A stretch of DNA of 64,000 nt from Eledone cirrhosa (lineage: Eukaryota), in contig OZ024742.1 in the NCBI GenBank assembly GCA_964016885.1, positions 9,858,001 to 9,922,000 on the forward strand, in the 5' to 3' direction. How positions within the stretch are numbered: the stretch's first letter is position 1; every line of letters begins with the position of its first letter. Shown one piece after another: positions 11,243 through 25,231 of the stretch. Both the position numbers and the translations under genes were made by a program. The notes under the pieces were generated by a model. The model did not search any database. It had not been told where the DNA came from and was given only the letters and a program-made list of their open reading frames with translations.

Positions 11243-13496
11243 TTACTTTCCAAAAATCCTGCGGAAGGTTTTCGAGGTTCTATGTTGGCAATTGCTGAAA
11301 AAATCTGCTGTCCTATTAATTAATAGGGGGCCACCTCTAATAGTATTAAAAGGTTTCAGCTACACATAAATTGCAAACGCCAGTGCTGCCGTTATGAGGT
11401 TGGGCTGTGAAAATTATGGACCAGGATAAGGAGTGCTCTATATTCTGTTGTTTAAGCTTCCTGACTAATTCAGAAAGTACCGTGTTATTTTTTTTATCTA
11501 ATCTATTAAAGGTGTGGTGGTGATTATACCATCTTTCCTTAAATTCAGTGGCAGTTTCCCCAACATACCTGAAGGTTATATCAGGTGTGGAGACCTTACA
11601 GTCGTAGACTATGTTTTTGGTGAGGCATTTCCCAGCCATGGGGCAGGTGGCGGTGCTCCTGCAGTTACATTTTTTGTTATCGACCTGGGTAGTTCCAGAT
11701 GAACCACGGTATCTTTGGGGTCGGGTCTCAATTCCTGTCTACTCTATGGGTAAGTTCCCTGGGGTTGGGGTGACCCGTCTCGCCTCACGTGTATGAGTCC
11801 GTTCCTCCATAGAGCTGCCATTATTACTGCCATGTCTAATTCCCCCTTGGGCTGTCCTAAGTCTACTATGATTCATTTTAGCTATATTCTGCACTATGTT
11901 ACTAGTTGTGGAGTAGGACAGCTTGATGGTATTTCTATTGAATATTTTATAATATCTGTGCGATCTGGAGAGGCATTTGTCTAAGGCCCTAAAGAAAAGC
12001 TTAGCTATACTAGTGGTCAGGCCAGTGGAGTAAGGGGGGTTATACCACAGGATTTTTCTGGTCCGATGCCTCTTGTTCTTACTAACTATATTAGTGATAC
12101 CTGTCTCCTTAGTAGCTACTGGTCTATTATAACTGGAAATTGCCTGTGGGTCGATGGTGTCCTGGGGTGTCCCGATTGTATTCGGAATCGTCCCAAGTCT
12201 CCGGAGCGGTGTGCTCCCCGTGCAGCCATTGGGATTACGTTCGATAGCCGGGGTTATATCTACTATGCGTCTACTACACCTATCCCTATTCTCTTTACTC
12301 GACCCTCGTTCCATTTTACGTTTAACGGTTGTTTTATCATTAAGGTTACAATTAGAGTTTCCGCTGGCGTTACGGTGCTCAGACCCCGTGTTAGTACCTG
12401 GGTGGTTGTTTCCATTGGTACCAATTAGCATTGGGACTAGGAGGCAATACAACATGAAGTATATATAAATCCTCCCTCGTATCACGCCTGCTGTTAACTA
12501 AAGTGTCACTATTTTGGCCTAAGCTATCGCAGGCAATGTTGCTTCTACTATTTAATGGACGTTTGAATGAGATTCCCTCGCTATGCCCCGTGCGTTCCAG
12601 GGCGCTATCATAGTAATTCGAGATCTTATTAAAGGTATCTTCATTGGAAGATAGTCCTGAAATTCTACTAGAGACGCTTTTGGTAATACCGTTAGTGACT
12701 ATTCTAGGGTGGTTCGATTTTGCGTTGACATAGTTCAGATTCTCGTTGGGTTTGTGGTAGGGTTGGAAGAGTCCTGAATTGAGGTTAAGTGTAACATCTA
12801 GAAAATTAACTATCTTTAAGTTCTCTTCAAAACCTAAGTTCTCTGTTCCTGAAGAATTTGCTTATTTTTTCCTCACCCTCTGTACCATACTATTACTATG
12901 GAACGACACAGTAAACAAAACGTCCTCACGGTAAGTGCCGCCTCCCAAGTGGGGAATTTCCACTCCGAGACAGTCAAGGAAGTAAAGGCCCACCAGATCC
13001 GTCACCTGGGTCGAGTCCGTGGATCCGATGGTGATGTCGAAATTATCTGGCCATTCCTTCCTGGTCCACAAGTCACCGTTGAATTCAATTAAGGTTTTCC
13101 TAGCTAGGAGAATAATGTTAATTTCTTCGGATGTAAGGTCGGTGTGTAAGCTAGCAAAGTTAAGGGCCTTACCTAGAAGAGTTGGAGAGATAGAAGAGTA
13201 GTAATCAGAGATATCGAACTGTATAAACTTAGTGCTGTTCTTATTCTGCGATTTCTTAAACCAGTTAATTACCTCATTACTTCCTGACCACAACTGAAGC
13301 TTCGATCTCCTAACTAGAGTGGGGATTATTTTATCAAGGATGTTTTTACTCACGATTCCTATGTCCGACTTCGAAGGGGCTATCAGCCTGACAGGTCTTG
13401 ATGATTCAAAGTCTAATTTGTGATCCTTCAACAAAATCCTCGGAGTTCTAGGATGGAAGGGTTCGGTTTTATCTTCAATACCGAGATTAGTCATGA
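11243..13496 (-). pseudogene. element A ORF remnant: PLE reverse transcriptase, thumb, Cys linker, GIY-YIG endonuclease; frameshifts and an in-frame TAG
   Basis: Motifs LKDHK..RLIAPSKSDIG, FIQFDISDYYSSI, FDITIGSTD, YRED (for YRDD), VNFLDVTLNL, SNHP, RKILWYNPPY, IFNRNTIKLSYS, CNCRSTATCPMAGKC, IVY..YVG, CNLC, LINR...CQHR. TAG at 11739-11741. Confidence 0.92.
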
Positions 13497-13497
13497 C

Positions 13498-13868
13498 GCC
13501 GGTGTGTATGGGTGTTGAGTGTGTGTGTACCCACTCACATTAACTGTGACCGACTGTCTTTCTACAGATCTAATTAATGTCCAGCGTTCTTTGCAGCTAT
13601 GGAGATTTGACAGTTTTATGACCCTAACTGAAGCTGATAGCAGTCGCCGTATTTCTGACTACTGGATCTTCATATGAGGGAATAAACTCTGTGAGTGAAC
13701 ATTGCTAATTTTCTCCCTCATATCAAGAATTTGAAGACAATTCATTTTCACCTGATGAGATCAGTTATAATTGATCATGGCTTTACGATCGATTTATCTC
13801 TTATTGAAACATGTGTCGTGATTAAAATGATTGGAATTTTACCTTGCCTTCAGATTTTCATTTTGATA
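13498..13868 (+). repeat. inverted 5' pLTR of element A
   Basis: Reverse complement of 6181-6550, joined directly to the 5'-truncated RT. Confidence 0.92.
13743..13829 (+). ncRNA. hammerhead-like motif with expanded stem II region (mirror copy ~6220-6305, minus strand)
   Basis: cattttcac CTGATGA gatcagt-tat-aattgatc [29 nt] GAAAC atgt GTC gtgattaaaatg. Confidence 0.55.
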
Positions 13869-13990
13869 TATATATATGAGTGTGTGTGTGTGTATGAGTA
13901 TGTGTGTGCGTATGGGTATGTGTGTGACTATATATGTGCATCCATATATTAATATATATTGTTGCATGTCTACGCATATAAATATGTATG

Positions 13991-14041
<51 letters not shown>

Positions 14042-14734
14042 ATACACACACACATATATATAAACATGTATATATTCATGTATGGGTGTACGAATATGTG
14101 TGCATGCGTGCAAGTGTGTAAGAGTATGTATGTTGCTCTCTGTTCGTGGCTGTTGCTATGGATATATGAATAATGTGATATTGTTGGTATTGTAGGTCTT
14201 GAGCAGGTAAGTTAAAATCCCGGTTTCACTGTGAAAGCAATCGAAATAGTTTTCTATGAATGAGATTTAGGTATAGGCGTAGCTTCAATTCTCTCCACAT
14301 GACTCCAAAGTCAACTTTATTGCAGTTATTTCCGCATTTGTTCAATTAATCTTTCACTTCGAAACTTGTCAATTACTTTCGTTGCATGGCACAATAACGT
14401 TTAGATAGAAAGTCTCAAACTTTTCAATAAAGTATCCATCTCCATTTTATTCTCTTGTTCTCTTTTCTCCAATTCTCTTTTCTCATTTTATATATTGGCA
14501 ATTAAATGGTTCTAACCGTGCTTCTGACATATGGCTTTTAATCTGTGAGACACGAAAAATCAGCTTGTATCCAACTGAGAAGAAGACAACGGAGGAATAA
14601 AGCCTTAAAAATGAAGTTAACAGCAGTGCGAAGTTCATACATCTTAAGGAAGAAGGTAACTACATATATCTATGTCTATAGTTTTATATATATTGTATAT
14701 ATATGTGTGTGAGCATACCTATCTAAAACATATA

Positions 14735-14749
14735 TATATTTATATATAT

Positions 14750-14826
<77 letters not shown>

Positions 14827-14939
14827 TATTTCTTTTCATATATTTAGTTTTACCTACTTACATATATACATAGGTTTTACATATATCAGTAAAATGTACA
14901 TTAAGAAGAACAGTCGCTTTATATCTTAGACACATACAA

Positions 14940-15038
<99 letters not shown>

Positions 15039-15322
15039 AAATATATATATATATATATATTTATATGAGTATGTCAGTCTTCTAAAATACATGCAATATA
15101 CGCTCTATATACTGAACTAAGTGTGTGAATGTGTGTGTGTATATATGTAGATACATATATATGTTTATGTATGTGTGTGTGTATAGATATACACCTGTCT
15201 ACATTTACATTATTGTGGATATATGGTTATTTAAAAACATGATTCTATGAATATGCACGTAATTGGTATTATGTTGGTATGCATACATCCATACATCCAT
15301 GCATACATACACATTTATATGC

Positions 15323-15415
<93 letters not shown>

Positions 15416-15520
15416 CATACATGTATACGTGTATATATAAACACATATATATATATATGCATACATATATATACATACATATATGTATATGTATATATAT
15501 ATATATGTATGTATATATAC

Positions 15521-15611
<91 letters not shown>

Positions 15612-15668
15612 CATATATATATACATATATATATATATACATATATATATATACATATATATATATAT

Positions 15669-15731
<63 letters not shown>

Positions 15732-15802
15732 AGTATGTATATATATATACATATATTTATATGCGAGTGTTTGTGCCTATCGGGTGTTTTTGTTCATGAG
15801 TG

Positions 15803-15870
<68 letters not shown>

Positions 15871-16356
15871 TCGCTCTTTATATATATATATATATATATA
15901 CATATATATGCAACGATATGAGTGTAGTATAATAATATATAAAGTATAGAATTATAATGATATATAGAGATAGATCTCATTCGGAAAACAGCTATTTCAA
16001 TCGTTATTGATTTCGCGTGAGAACTGCAACATAGGTATAAGCTGTAGAGAATCTATCAGACATTTTGTTTTTCTTATGAGGCAAAGGATTGAGGTTTTTT
16101 GTTTATTTTTTCATGGAAGACAATATCGTTATTTACTTATTTGGCTTATTTATTTATTCTTTCACTATTGTATATTATCGTCACTGTTATAAGAAGGGAG
16201 AACAATCAATTATTTCCATGCATATATCTCTTTTTACAACATACGATACTCATTTATATACAGTGAACCAGACGCACGCATACACACGCACACACACACA
16301 TGTATATATTTATATATATATATATGTGTGTATATATATATATATATATGTATATT

Positions 16357-16387
<31 letters not shown>

Positions 16388-16388
16388 G

Positions 16389-16421
<33 letters not shown>

Positions 16422-16435
16422 ATATATGTATGTAA

Positions 16436-16533
<98 letters not shown>

Positions 16534-16679
16534 ATATAGTAATAAATTTGAAGACTAAAATCCAAAGAAGGCTCGATAAGGATAAATATATATCAAATAT
16601 ATAAGAACCGTAGAGCAAAAATTTATTATATATATATATATATTTGTTTTGCAAGGATTTTGATGAAATATATATATAC

Positions 16680-16717
<38 letters not shown>

Positions 16718-16760
16718 GGGGGGGGGGGTATGAATGCATGTATGTATATATATATGTATA
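14735..16760. repeat. large (TA)n/(TACA)n/(TC)n microsatellite field with short unique spacers
   Basis: Read directly from sequence; source of the spurious YIYIYI ORFs. Confidence 0.95.
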
Positions 16761-18536
16761 TACGCCTGTGTATCTCTGTATTAACATGTGTATATGGCTT
16801 CATTCGATATATCGTTTATTCTCCTGTTATATTGGCTATATACGTAACCTTGAACATATCTCTATTAACATTCCCTCTTCTGTTGTGTAAACAGGAGCAT
16901 TACCTGCCGTTTAAATAACACATAAAAGTGTTACTTTTTCTTAGGCTGCTGCCAACATTTTATAAATTGAGCCGCAAATACCTCCTCCCCTCTATATAAC
17001 ACCGACAATCGTTTACTGTTTAAAGTATATGGCTTCAGATATTTCATAAATGGTGTCCTAGAAGTTGAAAGAACCGATACAAATTCTAGATGAGAAGCTG
17101 GCTATGAATATCAAATGCTAAGGTCAAATAACTGTTTTTATAACGAATATCAATTAAACTGAATTTGATTCAAAGGTTTCTTGCCCCGAGCCACTGAGAT
17201 TTCGTAGAATATCCATAAGCGACAGTTGGAAACAGCTAATACAATGCAATGCAAATTTGAGAATCCTAAATAAGAAATATTACAATTTGAAACTACCCAT
17301 TGGTCATCCATTGTCTAAAGGTTGTATTGTTTATAAAAGCGAAGAGATCTTCAATGTCTTTAGTAGTAACACGAAGGTTCTTAATAGAGATGGATATGAT
17401 TTGGTGAGTCATAAGAGAGGTGTATATATATACTAAACATATACAAGTCTCACTATGCTCACTTTCAGATGTGATCATGTGTACCGTCCTTAAGAGGAAA
17501 CAAAGACAAATTGTGACATAATTCCTAGTGGGTCATATGTATGTTGATTATATATGAACATATGTCATACCTCTTCATATATACACACCTAAAATGTCCT
17601 TATTGGCTCAAATACCATCTACACCATCCTACATGTTGAGTATATACAAACATATATTATACACCTTCATATATACACTTCTAAAATGTTTTTTTTATTG
17701 TTTGTGATACCATGTATAACATCGTAACATATGATACAGAACCATATTGTATTAATTTCTTTCTAGCACTGATTCCATCATCACAATTTTCGGTGAAGTT
17801 GAAGATTCGGTAAAATGAACGTTTGTCAATGGTTCCTGACTTAGAATGGAGAGGGGAGGGGAGAAAAATAAAGAAATATAGAAAGTAAGAAATAAACAAA
17901 GAAAGGAAGAATAAAAGAGATTAAATATTATTAGACGAAGGGGCTGTGTGAGATGGGAATGAGGATGGAGACATCAACGTGGAATTACGTGAAAGTACGT
18001 GAAAATACGTGAAATTACGTGAATCTAGGCTGTATTCTTGTGTGATATATATGATGTGAATGAGAAGGAGTACAAGGACGTGAATCTGCGATGTATTGTG
18101 TTTTATGATGTGTATGATGTGAGAGAGGGGGTCACAGCAATGAGAAACTGCGTGAATCTCGTCCCTGCTCTTGGGTGATTTGTAGAGTATGAATGGGAAG
18201 GGAGACAACAAGTGAAATCAAGTGGATGTAAGGTGCACTTTAGGATGTATTGTAACTGTGAATGAGAAGGAAGAAACTAACGCGGAAAATATATTGAACA
18301 GCTGCACAAATCAAGAGTAAACTTTGAAAAGCTACTCATAGTGAAACTGGTTACTACGGAGGCGATAAGATAATCATCACTATCTCTGAAAACCTACCTT
18401 TATTGAAACAATATATAGACTTTATTTTGTACGAACTAATATTATTTCGTTGTATACCGCAATATTGTATCTGTATATATACAAAACTAGTAGACTTATC
18501 TTCAAATCACCATTATTATTCCTCCCCGCCATACAC

Positions 18537-18567
<31 letters not shown>

Positions 18568-18618
18568 GTATGATTGTTTGTGTGGATGTGCGTGTGTGTG
18601 GATGTGATGTATGTGTGT

Positions 18619-18675
<57 letters not shown>

Positions 18676-19296
18676 TATGTGTGTGTGTGTGTGTAATTTT
18701 ACATTCATGAATCAACAGTAGTTTTAAGATTTTCAAGCGATAGAGAAGCAAATAAAGAATAAAGAGAATGTAAATTTTATAGTTTAGAAAAAGATTTGCT
18801 TCATTTATTTCTCGTTTACATAACTCTCCCCTCCTTAATTCCACATTGTGAACCCTATAAAGCTAATATAGATTGGGTGTTCATTATATTTTCTAAACTT
18901 CAGTTAACCATTTTGAACTCATCCAAATTGTCTGAACAATATTGGCTAAATATTCATTCATCATTTGTCTTCGAAATGTGGTGAGTAGTTGTGAATCTGT
19001 CATAGAAACATACCTTATTACTAAAAGACTTGCAGCTGCTTCTGTTCTTTTAGTAATTTCATCCGGAGGAGGTGACATGGGTGGTGCTGGGATTATAAGA
19101 TGGAGACGTTATTTCTTTTATTTGTGCAATGAATTGTTTCTATGTTATTACCAACAGAATGTGTTTGACAACTCTTAAACGGTTGATTTGTGGTTAGTGG
19201 CGATAGGTTATACTTAGTTGCATAAAAATATTTCGCGGTTTTTCTTTTTTTTTCATTTTCCTTCGTTGCTAATAATTTTGGTCTCTATTTAGTAAT

Positions 19297-19655
<359 letters not shown>

Positions 19656-19681
19656 GCCTTTCTTATCTACCTAAACATAAT

Positions 19682-19862
19682 GTCTCATTTAGGCACAAAG
19701 TCAGCAATTTTGCGGGACAGCAAAATCGCTTAAATCTGAACTTCACGAGTACTATATTTTCGCGACCCCGAAAGGAACAAAGACAATACTGGCCTCGGCG
19801 GGATTTGATCTCAGAAGTTTAAAGGCTGTTACTAAATGCTGCTTTATATTCTATCCGACTTG
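19682..19862 (-). mobile_element. SINE copy
   Basis: tttaggcacaaagtcagcaatttt...gaccccgaaagga...cctcggcgggatttgatctcagaa. Confidence 0.8.
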
Positions 19863-22049
19863 AGCGTGACATATACAGAGTAGCACGGCTGAATGATTTA
19901 ATCCTAATATGGCTGCCCATCAGGATAGCGTAATTCGCTGAAGCCTCATGATGAATTAATTGAATTAACAATGTATTCACTATGCGATATTGAGTGTCGA
20001 AGGGAATATTCGACGAAAGTGCGTACTTAGTTCAGCTGATTGGAAGAACGGAACACATGTTCTTTGAAACTGAAGGGAAAGACCCACAATGCTAACGATT
20101 TTCAAGTCTTTTGAAGTAACTAATTATATTCTCCTTATCAATTTTTACTTGTGAAATTTTTCAACAATTTCTTTTTTTTATAATTGGTTACATAAATTAT
20201 TAAACCTACACTCATCAACAAAACCTCACCACTTCAATTTAATTTCGTTTACAAATTTACGTAACATAGATATTTTGCCCGGTATGTTTTTTTTCTTTAA
20301 TGGTCGTCTCCCAGACCAGACGGCTGAGATAATATAAATATAATTGCTGGCGGCGTGGGTGGAACGCTACTAATTGGCATTGTAAAGGTCAACAGGTTAT
20401 TTTGAAATAAAATAACATAAAGTCTAAGAATCCAAAAGCATACAAAAACAAACAGGAAAACTAAGAGTCTACTGAGATATTAATAATCTCATTTGGATTG
20501 TTGAAGATGTTTCTCAATGCACATTATCATCTATTTAAAGAACAACATCGTTGTTATAAATTTAGTACAGTTACAGAAGAAATAATTATCAAGAGAACTT
20601 TGCTTCATGCCAGATATACAGGAAAATATAATATAATGATAACAGTATAAACATACAGACATACAAAGGCACACACACAGGAACGCAACACATGCACTGG
20701 CAAAGACAAACCCACACACACAGACCCAGACAAAACACACATGCACTGGCAAAGACAAACTAATCACACACAAACATAGATACATGTAAACACACACACA
20801 GACGCACGAACACACAAACACACACATATATATATGGGTGTGTATATGTGTATTGGTGTGCGTATGTATTTATATACGTACATGTGTATATATGTATATA
20901 TTTACGTATATAGTATATTCGTATGTTTGTATGTAAATATGTATTTTTGTATAATGACAAAAACATTTGATGAAGAATATTCTTTAAGACTAAAGAAAGC
21001 AAGAGATTCGTTCTGTATATTAAATTGACATCTGTGGTGTCGAGGTGGTATTTCTGTTGATTCACAATTAAAGGCGTACAGGTCATGTATATTACCTTCC
21101 TTGTTGTATGTATGTGAAACAGTCACATACCCCCGAAAGGAAAAACATTGTCTTCATCAAATACTTAGTATACATTAGTAATCTCATACGAGTTATCTTG
21201 AAGTCGTGGGACAAAGTCACTTTGAAAATATTGCATAATTGTCTGCATTCATTTTGAATAAACGTACGATACCTTAGATATGTTGTTATTTCGACCTTTC
21301 ATTTTAATAATTGATCAACATATTGTTGCCTAATTCTACCACCACCATCGTCATTGTCGTCAACGTTGTTGTGGCTGTTAGTGTAGTTATTAGTGATGGC
21401 CGAGCGGTCACCTTTGATTGACCTGGTTTATAGTCGAAAATATTCCAGATGTGTCTTATTTTCAGTCTTAATACATCTATCACTCACAATCTTTCGTCAT
21501 CCATGTTGAGGTTTAGTGCCAGGTAAGTTCTGATAAACTAAGACTATCCTCAAAGGTAATGCAGTCTGCTTTCTATGCAGATATATCGATGAAGTGTTAG
21601 TCCTTGTATTTATTTATTTCACTATACTCCAGTTGCTAAAACCTTCTCTATTCTGTTTGCTAGGACAATAGAATAGCTTACGCCTGTGTTTCTGCGCGGC
21701 AGAGATCATTTTCCCAGAATATCCAGACTTTTATCTCTAGGATAAGGATATTATAATTTGGTGATAACTATAACATCACTCGTCACATATACAAACACAG
21801 AGCAGATATATATATATACCTAGGACTACATTATTTTAACGTGCACTATATAAAACTGTAGGTTATTATTTTAGGTAAAATGTGGTAGCTACGTCTGTCA
21901 CATTTAGTGGCCTTGTGCAAGTATTTCGGCACCCATTTCTGCTGGTATCTACTCAACATCACTTAATCCTAATCGTCAAAATTACGATTTTCCTGTAACT
22001 TTAAAAAATAGTAAGCAATTATTATGTAATTTCCTATCATATTTAAATG

Positions 22050-22365
22050 TGTTTCACCATAGCCCTGGTCAATAATTGCTGATCCAGTAGCAAACAAATG
22101 TATCTTTCACCGTGTTACTGGTCACTCAAGGTTTTTACTTTGGCAAGCATAGCTGTCTTTCACCATAGCCCTGGTCAGTCAAGTCTGACACAGTAGCAAA
22201 CATAACTGCCTTTCACCATAGCTCTGGTCAATCAAGTCTGAAACAGTAGCAAACATAATTGCCTTTCACCATAGCTCTAGTTAATCAAGGTTGACGCAGC
22301 GGCAAACAATTATTTTTACCATATCACTGGTCACTGATGGGTGACCCAATGGCAAACAAAACTGA
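22050..22365. repeat. ~53-bp tandem repeat, ~6 copies
   Basis: 'ttcacc(a/g)t' at 22053, 22106, 22159, 22212 and 22265; unit tttcaccatagccctggtcagtcaagtctgacacagtagcaaacataactgcc. Confidence 0.85.
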
Positions 22366-23666
22366 AAGAAAATCCTAATTGCCACATACCGCTCACAGGT
22401 TTTATATTTCTAAATACTAGCGGTGAAAAGTTTAAAAACGATGAAGTTTCTCTTATTGGTCATGGTAGAAGACCATGTTAGAAATTCCTCCGTGAATTTG
22501 TAATATATCATATAAAATTACAACTGAACTTTTGATATTGTTTTGTGATGTTCACACAATATTTGAAACGACGGTCAAATATGCTTCTCTTTTGTGTAAA
22601 TTCCCTTAAACTATACTGAATATATCCTTCTAACTTTTTGGCTTGACGTAATCAATCTAATGCTTTAGCCATGAAAGGATTAACACGACTTTTATTATAA
22701 TCATATACTCTCGCTTTTAGCGCAGGTTAATGAATGATGTTTGGCCCTATGGCTTTATTGCATACTTCATACGCTTTTAATGTAATGTCCCTTTTAATCT
22801 TCTAAATTGTTTTCATGATCTGGTGCTTTCAAACTCTCCTTTGATCTAAGCTAATAAATATATCATTCTCAAAGTTTACTTTTTTTATTTTAAGTTAAAA
22901 GAAACCTACTGAGCCATTTTGCAGTGTTCTTTTCAGAGTTCACAAGATTTCTTTCCATGCAAAATTTATTGTTTCCCAATAATACTCTTCAGTATTTCTT
23001 CATTACGTATGTTGTTCACATGGGATATTTTTGTTCCTATTTAATAGAACAATATTCTTCTTAATTTCCTTTACTTGCATGCAATACGCTTTTTTTTCAC
23101 ACTATTCCATTAAAGAAAAATACAATGACCACTCTTACGTTACCTTCAGTGAATAAATATTTCATTGTATACATTATTTTATGGATGTGTTTATATATAA
23201 AAGTCATGGTAGTCGTATTATATCATTTCTTTCCAGAAATTCGTCTTTATATACCTGTGTGTTTAATGTCTTAGAAGATGAATGAGAGAACCATGGCTCA
23301 TTTCAATGTTTCTTTCACTAGTAGAAGGACGGGAGATAGTTATCCCCAAACCAGAAACCTGTCAAGAATGCTTGCAATAGAGTAGCCTCCACCAAAGTCA
23401 GCCATCCGTACGACGAATTCTACCCCAAAAGAAGAATCCTTCTTGCCAAGATTGTTTTATTTGTTCTGTGCATGGTTGGTGTGCTCCTAGCAAATATATA
23501 TTTGCATTGTATGTAGTGTTGTGAGGCCTTCTTTGTCTTTGTTCATATTTTTCATCATACCTACCATAATTATTATTATCTGTCTGACGTCCTTGCTGCA
23601 ACTTGACAGATCACTAGATACCCCGGTATATTATCGATCTCTACAGCCTGGAATAGTGATAGCAAT

Positions 23667-23863
23667 GGTTTCTGATTTAGGCACAAGGCCAACAATTTGG
23701 GGGAGGGGAAATGGTTAATAGTTCCCAGTGCGTGACTGGTACTTTATTTTATCAATCCTGTAAATATGAGAGTCAATGTTAATCGCGGCGAGATTTGAAC
23801 TCAGAAGCTAAAAACTGCAACTCTATGCTGCAAAACATGTCTAACGGTCGGTACTGTCAATCC
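23667..23863 (-). mobile_element. SINE (long subfamily with G-rich segment)
   Basis: gtttctgatttaggcacaaggccaacaatttgggggagggg...cggcgagatttgaactcagaa. Confidence 0.85.
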
Positions 23864-23872
23864 AATAATAAT

Positions 23873-24087
23873 GTTTCTGATTTAAGTACAAGGCCAGCAA
23901 TTTTGGGGGGAGGGAAAGTCAATTAAATCTACTCCAGTACGTGACTGGTACTTTATTTTATCGACTTCGTAAGGATAAAAGGCAAAGTTAACCTCGGCGG
24001 GATTTGAACTCAGATCATAAAGTGCCGTAACTCTATGCTGCAAAGCATGGCGTCCGATCCTCTACCGATACTGTCAATCCACCACCC
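23873..24087 (-). mobile_element. SINE, tandem copy
   Basis: gtttctgatttaagtacaaggccagcaatttt...gttaacctcggcgggatttgaactcaga...aatccaccaccc. Confidence 0.9.
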
Positions 24088-24150
24088 AATAATATATAAT
24101 AATAATAATCCTCCTCCTCCTCCTCCTCCTCCTCCTCCTCCTCCTCCTCC

Positions 24151-24219
<69 letters not shown>

Positions 24220-24247
24220 ACAACAGCAACAGCAGAGCAGCAACAGC
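24088..24247. repeat. compound trinucleotide microsatellite (AAT)n(CCT)n(CAT)n(CAG/CAA)n
   Basis: Read directly from sequence; adjacent to a SINE end. Confidence 0.95.
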
Positions 24248-25014
24248 TTTGATGTTTCTCTTACTGTTAGTATTACTGTTGTCATTGTTGCAGCTATAAT
24301 AGCGATAGTTATTTAACAATCCTAATTGTCTTTTCTTGATTTCTTACTGGAAATTAGAGTTGACAAAATATCAGAAATAAAGGAAAAGTAATTGACTATG
24401 GAATCCTTAGATGAATGACAGAAACTTGATGAGTTCTGTTCAAACCCTCGAGGTTCTATGTTCTTTCATTTGTCTGTAATTAAATAGTATTAGCCTTAAA
24501 GGTAATGTAGTTTATAACCATCATTTGACGTGATGTGAAGTTAAAACAGAAGCCTGCCATGATTAAGTAGCCATATTTATTTCAATTTCACTGGAATGTT
24601 GATCAGCTTTGTAAGAGAGAAAAATAAACAATTTGTTATTATTTTAGTAAAAATTATCTTAAAATACATGTTAAATTAGCGTTGAGATATTTAAAGTTAT
24701 ATAAATGTATATGAAATGTTATATAAATGTATGTGAAATGATATCGTTTAAAATACGACGGTGTGATATGGTGTTTAAATACAATGGTGTGTTATCGTGT
24801 AAAATACGACGGTGTGATAGTTTCATAGTCAAAGTTATACTACAACCATACATTTCTTTTGACGGGAAGATGGCCAAGTTAAACACATATTTCATATTTA
24901 TCTTAGGTTGTTCAATTTTGGTATTAATTATAAATTATCAATGTCACAACTAATACAAACGATCCAGTTCTGCAGAAACAACACATCAACGCACGCAAAC
25001 ACAGACAGAGTCGG

Positions 25015-25017
<3 letters not shown>

Positions 25018-25073
<56 letters not shown>

Positions 25074-25091
25074 AGGTATGTGTGTGTGTAT

Positions 25092-25123
<32 letters not shown>

Positions 25124-25179
25124 ATGTATCTATACATACATACACACAGATGTACATACATATATAGATACGTACGGAC

Positions 25180-25231
<52 letters not shown>

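Larger units (their letters stand above)
6052..13868 (-). mobile_element. Penelope-like retroelement A (Naiad-like), 5'-truncated, with inverted pLTR; interrupted by element B
   Basis: RT and GIY-YIG frames at 11243-13496. 6181-6550 is inverted-repeated at 13498-13868. Both ends lie in (TA)n. Confidence 0.85.

Noticed and set aside
7763-13496. Selenocysteine (UGA) recoding, as reported for some Naiad elements
   Set aside because: The conserved Cys codons I checked (CNC, CP, CNLC, C-H) are TGT/TGC in both elements. The in-frame stops I found are TAG/TAA at non-Cys sites.
14198-14214. Possible 11-nt micro-exon (tgtag|GTCTTGAGCAG|gtaagt)
   Set aside because: Weak polypyrimidine tract and no other linked exons; chance occurrence is plausible.
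14672-16918. YIYI/CVCV/HTHT ORFs here and elsewhere
   Set aside because: These are stop-free translations of dinucleotide microsatellites.
16945-17403. 459-bp exon-like segment with good acceptor and donor (ttttcttag...gtgagt)
   Set aside because: Five in-frame stops and no recognisable protein; BLASTX or RNA-seq would be needed.
24035-24316. Poly-Pro/His/Gln ORF resembling a transcription-factor region
   Set aside because: It starts within an antisense SINE and is a compound microsatellite.
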